Part shown: positions 59,636 to 64,000 of the stretch, piece by piece
Layout of the letters: each line of letters opens with the position of its first letter
How positions within the stretch are numbered: position 1 is the first letter of the stretch
Assembly: GCA_964357615.1 (NCBI GenBank)
Contig: CAYHMC010000004.1
Coordinates: forward strand, 25,722-89,721
DNA from: an uncultured Candidatus Saccharibacteria bacterium
GTDB taxonomy: Bacteria > Patescibacteriota > Minisyncoccia > UBA6257 > JACOXY01
Length of the DNA: 64,000 nt
Reading direction: 5' to 3'
Notes under the pieces: generated by a model
What the model was told of the DNA's origin: nothing
Seen by the model: only the letters and a program-made list of their open reading frames with translations
Database searches by the model: none
Program-made: the position numbers and the translations under genes

Positions 59636-60379
59636 TTAATTTAAAAATTGCTTAATTGCTTTCCAAAAAGATTTTTTGCAAATGGAAGAAAGAGAAAGAT
59701 GCCCACCTGTTTTTAGAATAGTTAATTTAGAATTTAATGCTTTTGAAAATTTAATCGAGGTTTTTACTGAAATTACCTTATCGTCCTTTGGGTGAATTAT
59801 ATATATTTTATTTTTATCCAAATTTTTTATTTCTGCGATTGGATTATAAAATTTACCGCTTTTTAATTTATTCCAACCATTTTTAATAGGGCGATATCCA
59901 TTACCAAAAGCTAACTTTGTAAAATTTTTAAGCGAATCAACTGATTCGTTTTTAGTTTCCACTGTCCAATCAATTAGAGGCGAAAGCGCAACAATTTTTC
60001 TCACAGATTTATTTTTCGATGCTAAAATTGCAGCTGCTCCTCCAAAACTTGAACCAATAATATATAATTTTGGGTTTTTAATTTTATATTTTTTCCCATC
60101 CCAAATATCAGAAAATCCAGAAGAAATTGAATGGACTATGTCGAGTATGTCTAGATGTGGAGAATTCCGAAGCAACAATCCCCCGCTTTCCCAACTACCA
60201 CGATATCTAGGACTAAAAACCCAAAAACCTTTTTTTGCCAAATATAACATTGCTTCTCTATTTGATGGATATCCAGGCAAACCACTGCAAAGTATAACTA
60301 CTTTATTTGATTTTTTAGAAGGCCAAATAAATTCAAGAACTATCTCATTTCTAATAATTGCTCTTCTGAAATGTTTCAT
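59636..60379 (-). CDS. Alpha/beta hydrolase
   Basis: YRGSWES.G, GSSFGG nucleophile elbow, DD.V, GGH. Confidence 0.88.
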   Translation of the reverse strand: MKHFRRAIIRNEIVLEFIWPSKKSNKVVILCSGLPGYPSNREAMLYLAKKGFWVFSPRYRGSWESGGLLLRNSPHLDILDIVHSISSGFSDIWDGKKYKIKNPKLYIIGSSFGGAAAILASKNKSVRKIVALSPLIDWTVETKNESVDSLKNFTKLAFGNGYRPIKNGWNKLKSGKFYNPIAEIKNLDKNKIYIIHPKDDKVISVKTSIKFSKALNSKLTILKTGGHLSLSSICKKSFWKAIKQFLN

Positions 60380-60382
60380 ACA

Positions 60383-61069
60383 TTAAAATTTGTAGATAAC
60401 ATCTTTGCGCTCAACAACAACATTCCACTTTTGTTTTTTGGCATAATCAAATAATTTTTTGTTTGGATTGAAACATATTGGTTTGCTTACCATTTTTAAA
60501 AAAGGTATATCGCTCTCTGTATCTCCAACGCCAATTGACCCCTGCAAGGTTAGATGTTCAGTAAGAAGTACTCTCGAAAGAACTTTGGCTTTGTCAGAAA
60601 TAAAATCTGTATAAAGTATTTGTCCTGTTAATTTCCCCCGAGAATCTGTTTCAAATATTCTTCCATAAATTTTGTCAAAACCAAGCTCTTTGCCAAAATA
60701 ATCTAAAACTACTTTTGGGGAATTAGAAATTGCTAATAAATAATATTTTTCTTTTCGAAGCTTATTTAATAAATCTCTTGAATATCGATAAACTCTTTTT
60801 CTGTGGAAGTGAGCAACATGTGATGCAACGCTATCAAAGTCATCATTTCTTATGCCCTTCATATGTTTAGTAAAGGCTAATACCACATCGGATATATACT
60901 GCTCATACGAGCCTTGTCTTTCTATCCATTCCTTATAACTTCTTGTATATATTTTTCTTACTGACGATGGGAAAATCCCAGCCTGAAGAAGCGCTTCTGT
61001 TAGTTCGACAAGCAAGCTTGACCTAAATATTGTTCCATCTATATCGAATATAGCAATTTTTCTTTTCAT
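60383..61069 (-). CDS. HAD-IB family hydrolase (SerB-like)
   Basis: FDIDGT, ISNS, GDTESD.P.L..V..P..FNP. Confidence 0.9.
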   Translation of the reverse strand: MKRKIAIFDIDGTIFRSSLLVELTEALLQAGIFPSSVRKIYTRSYKEWIERQGSYEQYISDVVLAFTKHMKGIRNDDFDSVASHVAHFHRKRVYRYSRDLLNKLRKEKYYLLAISNSPKVVLDYFGKELGFDKIYGRIFETDSRGKLTGQILYTDFISDKAKVLSRVLLTEHLTLQGSIGVGDTESDIPFLKMVSKPICFNPNKKLFDYAKKQKWNVVVERKDVIYKF

Positions 61070-61079
61070 AAAATTTTAA

Positions 61080-62027
61080 TTAACCTTGCAGGCAAATATT
61101 AAATGTTTTTACTTGTTCATTGTATTTATCAATTAATTTTCTGGTTGCTTGTAATAGTTCATTGTATGATGAAATTCTATCATTATATTCATTAACTTTT
61201 TCATCATACTTTGGACTCTCTTCGTTTGTTTCTTCAATTTCATTTTTTAATCTAATCAATTCTTCATTTAAATCTTTCAAATAATTATCGTTATTTTCAA
61301 TTTCAATTTTTACTTTTGAATCTGGATTTGGACAGCTTGAAAGTGGCAACCCAAATTCCTGCACCGCCATCCAAACTTCCCTACCCTCGTAAAACCCTTT
61401 CAAAACAGCCGTGCCTATCTCGGTAAATCTTGTATTTAATATATTAGCGCGGTGCCCAGGTGAATTAAGCCATGCGGAAACTAAATCTTGATCATTTTTA
61501 AAATTACCCATCGCCAAATTTTCACCAATCACAATATACGCATAACCTGATTGTTTTGCAATTGAATCAGGCCCTGCGCCACTTGGCGAAATATGATCAA
61601 AATATTGTTTTGCGAACATATCTTTAACTTTTAAAAACGCAGAGTTATTTAACTTAGCGCTTACACTTAAAGACTTTAAATTATTAGTTGTACGAGCTTT
61701 GTTAGTGAAACTAACTATGCCAGGATCGGTAAGTACAACTTCTGCAACTGGAACTTGTCCCTCGCTTGCTCTAAGTGGTGTGTCGTAAATAATTTTTTGA
61801 GCCTCCTCTAGAATTTTTTTCTGTACTGCCGAGGTGCTCTCAAGATTTTTTATTTGTTCATTTAAGGTACTCGAAGAAAAACCATTTGTGTAACTTATTG
61901 TACTAGACGCGTTACCGATAAAATTATTATACGCATCAAAAAGTTTATTACGAAATTCCAAGCTTTTCGCTGGAAAAGCAAAATTAATTGCTACTACAAA
62001 AATTATTAAAATTGCGATAAGTTTCAT
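61080..62027 (-). CDS. CAP (SCP) domain protein
   Basis: TN..R, DM....YF.H, GENLA, W.NSPGHRANIL; C-terminal coiled coil. Confidence 0.9.
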   Translation of the reverse strand: MKLIAILIIFVVAINFAFPAKSLEFRNKLFDAYNNFIGNASSTISYTNGFSSSTLNEQIKNLESTSAVQKKILEEAQKIIYDTPLRASEGQVPVAEVVLTDPGIVSFTNKARTTNNLKSLSVSAKLNNSAFLKVKDMFAKQYFDHISPSGAGPDSIAKQSGYAYIVIGENLAMGNFKNDQDLVSAWLNSPGHRANILNTRFTEIGTAVLKGFYEGREVWMAVQEFGLPLSSCPNPDSKVKIEIENNDNYLKDLNEELIRLKNEIEETNEESPKYDEKVNEYNDRISSYNELLQATRKLIDKYNEQVKTFNICLQG

Positions 62028-62039
62028 TATTTTTTTAGC

Positions 62040-62711
62040 TTAAGGAATAATTATAACAAACTCTCCAAGACCACGACTACCTTCAAAATAATCTAGTGCC
62101 TCACTTATTGTCCCTGTAAAATTTGTTTCGTGAATTTTTGTAATTTCTTTTGAAATAAAAATTACATAATCTAAACCAAATAACTCAGAAATGTTTTTAA
62201 GTGTTTTCTTTAGACGATGGGGTGATTCATACAAAACTATTGGACGAGTTTCAATTTTGCTTAATTCTTCAAAAAATTTATTTCTCTTGTTTTTCTGTGG
62301 CGGATAACCAAGAAAAGTAAACTTATTTGCACTAATTCCACTAACAGAAAGTGCTGATATAACCGCTGATGGCCCTGGAATGGCTTGAATTTGGCTATTT
62401 GGACCTTCTTTTTGAATATGTGATACCAAGACCGAACCGGGGTCAGAAATTCCTGGCGTACCAGCATCAGACACCACTGCTATATTTTTGCCATCATTTA
62501 AAAGTCGCATTACCTCTTCTATAGTGCGGTTCGGCACATGTTCGTCATAATGAGCTATTCGTGTATGAATTTCATACTTAGATAAAAGTTTTTTGGTTAC
62601 TCTAGTATCCTCTGCGTAAATCAAATATACAGTTCTAAGAACCTCGAGTGCCCGTGATGATATATCGCCTAAATTTCCAATTGGCGTTGCAACAACATAT
62701 AGTATTCCCAT
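62040..62711 (-). CDS. rsmI: 16S rRNA (cytidine1402-2'-O)-methyltransferase
   Basis: LYVVATPIGNL.D, AEDTR, SDAGTPGISDPG, PGPSA, YESPHR, E.TKIHE. Confidence 0.96.
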   Translation of the reverse strand: MGILYVVATPIGNLGDISSRALEVLRTVYLIYAEDTRVTKKLLSKYEIHTRIAHYDEHVPNRTIEEVMRLLNDGKNIAVVSDAGTPGISDPGSVLVSHIQKEGPNSQIQAIPGPSAVISALSVSGISANKFTFLGYPPQKNKRNKFFEELSKIETRPIVLYESPHRLKKTLKNISELFGLDYVIFISKEITKIHETNFTGTISEALDYFEGSRGLGEFVIIIP

Positions 62712-62713
62712 AA

Positions 62714-63319
62714 CTATAGATAATGAGCCGAATGATCAATAATTGCAGAATCTTTTGGCATTGGAGTTTTAAGTGTCGGCTTTAAATATTTTTCAACCAG
62801 TTCGTCAAATTTACTAAGTAAACTTTCCTTTACGCCGAAAGGTATATATTCATCAATCGGCTCAAGCAAAACTGTTTTTTCTTTTACAAATGGAGATTCT
62901 GAAAATTGAAAGTAGGGTTTTTTAGAACAGTTAACAAAAATAACTATGGTCTCTTCCCACAACTGAGCAAGTCTTCTGAGTCGCAAAACATCAGTCTCGT
63001 GTCCCTTGGGATGCCAACGAAACTTTACCTCAACAAGATGCGCGCGTTGTTTTGAATCTAGTATAAAAAAATCTGGTATCATTCTTAACTTTTCGCCAGC
63101 CTTACTGCCCATTAATTCTCGCCTGACATGATTTAATGTTGGTAAAGTATTTTCTATTCCAATTCTATATACTTCATTTCCAGATTCTTTTAATAAATCA
63201 AATACTAATGACTCGGCCATTTTTCCTTTGAGATTAGTTTCTCTAAGGGCTTGCTTACCTTCTGCACTATTTGCATTAAAAAGCTTACCATTTGAATTTT
63301 TAAAGTTAAATGATGACAT
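62714..63319 (-). CDS. Hypothetical protein with PD-(D/E)XK-like nuclease motif
   Basis: G..AE, PDF, LVEVKFR. Confidence 0.65.
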   Translation of the reverse strand: MSSFNFKNSNGKLFNANSAEGKQALRETNLKGKMAESLVFDLLKESGNEVYRIGIENTLPTLNHVRRELMGSKAGEKLRMIPDFFILDSKQRAHLVEVKFRWHPKGHETDVLRLRRLAQLWEETIVIFVNCSKKPYFQFSESPFVKEKTVLLEPIDEYIPFGVKESLLSKFDELVEKYLKPTLKTPMPKDSAIIDHSAHYL

Positions 63320-63329
63320 AAAATAATTA

Positions 63330-63725
63330 TTATTTTTCTTTAAGATTAATCGAACATGAATTTATACAATATCTTTTGCCACCCTTATCTTTTGGTCCAT
63401 CGTCAAAAACATGACCTAAGTGAGCACCACAGCGCCGACAAATAACTTCTGTTCGCGACATACCAAGACTACCATCTTCATGCAATTCAACATTTTCTAA
63501 GTTTATCGGATCGGTAAAACTTGGCCAACCAGTGCCAGAATCAAACTTAGTGTCAGATGAAAAAAGTTCCAAACCACAAGCCCTGCATTTATACATTCCG
63601 CTTTCATGGTTATTCCAATATTCCCCAGTGAATGGCTTCTCTGTCCCGCCTTCAAACATAACATTGTATTGCTCTGGGGTTAATGCTTTTTTCCATTCTT
63701 CTTTTGTTTTATTAATTTTTTCCAT
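63330..63725 (-). CDS. msrB: Peptide-methionine (R)-S-oxide reductase
   Basis: GTE.PF, KFDSGTGWPSF, HLGHVFDDGP, RYCINS. Confidence 0.96.
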   Translation of the reverse strand: MEKINKTKEEWKKALTPEQYNVMFEGGTEKPFTGEYWNNHESGMYKCRACGLELFSSDTKFDSGTGWPSFTDPINLENVELHEDGSLGMSRTEVICRRCGAHLGHVFDDGPKDKGGKRYCINSCSINLKEK

Positions 63726-63848
63726 CCAGTTAGAAGCAGATCGCGATTATGTAATGCGATTTGTGCTAATTAAATTATAATCTCGTTTATATTATATAAC
63801 ATTTTTAAATTAAGAATTTGTGCAATCGCGGATTCTAACTGGATCCAT
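63721..63848 (-). mobile_element. Start-codon-associated palindromic element, copy 3 (diverged)
   Basis: 12-bp IR ATCCAGTTAGAA/TTCTAACTGGAT; ATGGA direct repeat 123 nt apart. Confidence 0.75.
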
Positions 63849-64000
63849 ATTATTTTAAGTTATTATAAACTAAGAAACTCTAATCTTTGGAAGAATTTTA
63901 AGTAGTGATATACTATTTATATATAATATTAAATAATTCGTCGTCTGTAAAATAACAATAATAGGTATGAATAAAAAAATTTCTACTTTTTCCATAGTAA

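Noticed and set aside
1-64000. Alternative genetic code (TGA=Gly, code 25)
   Set aside because: Long genes are intact under code 11 and several end in TGA at plausible positions (e.g. znuC, 9064-9474).

Overview
AT-rich bacterial chromosome window. The gene content (DUF4012, DUF192, Gmad2, FemX, PrsW, many small orphan membrane or secreted proteins, little biosynthesis) and standard code 11 suggest a Patescibacteria/CPR, probably Parcubacteria-like, genome; this is inference. The left end is a defence-like island (type III R-M res/mod, HEPN-like ORF, NYN RNase) next to an nrtR-prs-nadV NAD-salvage module with three palindromic operators. The rest holds housekeeping genes (metG, lepA, tatD, rsmI, msrB, nadK, DEAD-box helicase, znuCB), two tRNAs (Thr-CGT, Gly-CCC), glycosylation genes and many self-contained orphan gene cassettes. 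The main finding is three diverged copies of a 123-126 bp hairpin element, each sitting exactly on a start codon (znuC, a GT4 gene, msrB), flanked by a duplicated ATGRA, with compensatory stem changes. Also notable: an apparent -1 frameshift signal (A7 plus hairpin) at the 5' end of the type III mod gene, a promoter/terminator-defined sRNA opposite the NYN gene, a structured candidate ncRNA with 16-nt periodic ACGGA motifs, and a split between SD-led orphan cassettes and SD-less core genes. All product calls come from motif recognition by eye; no database search was run.
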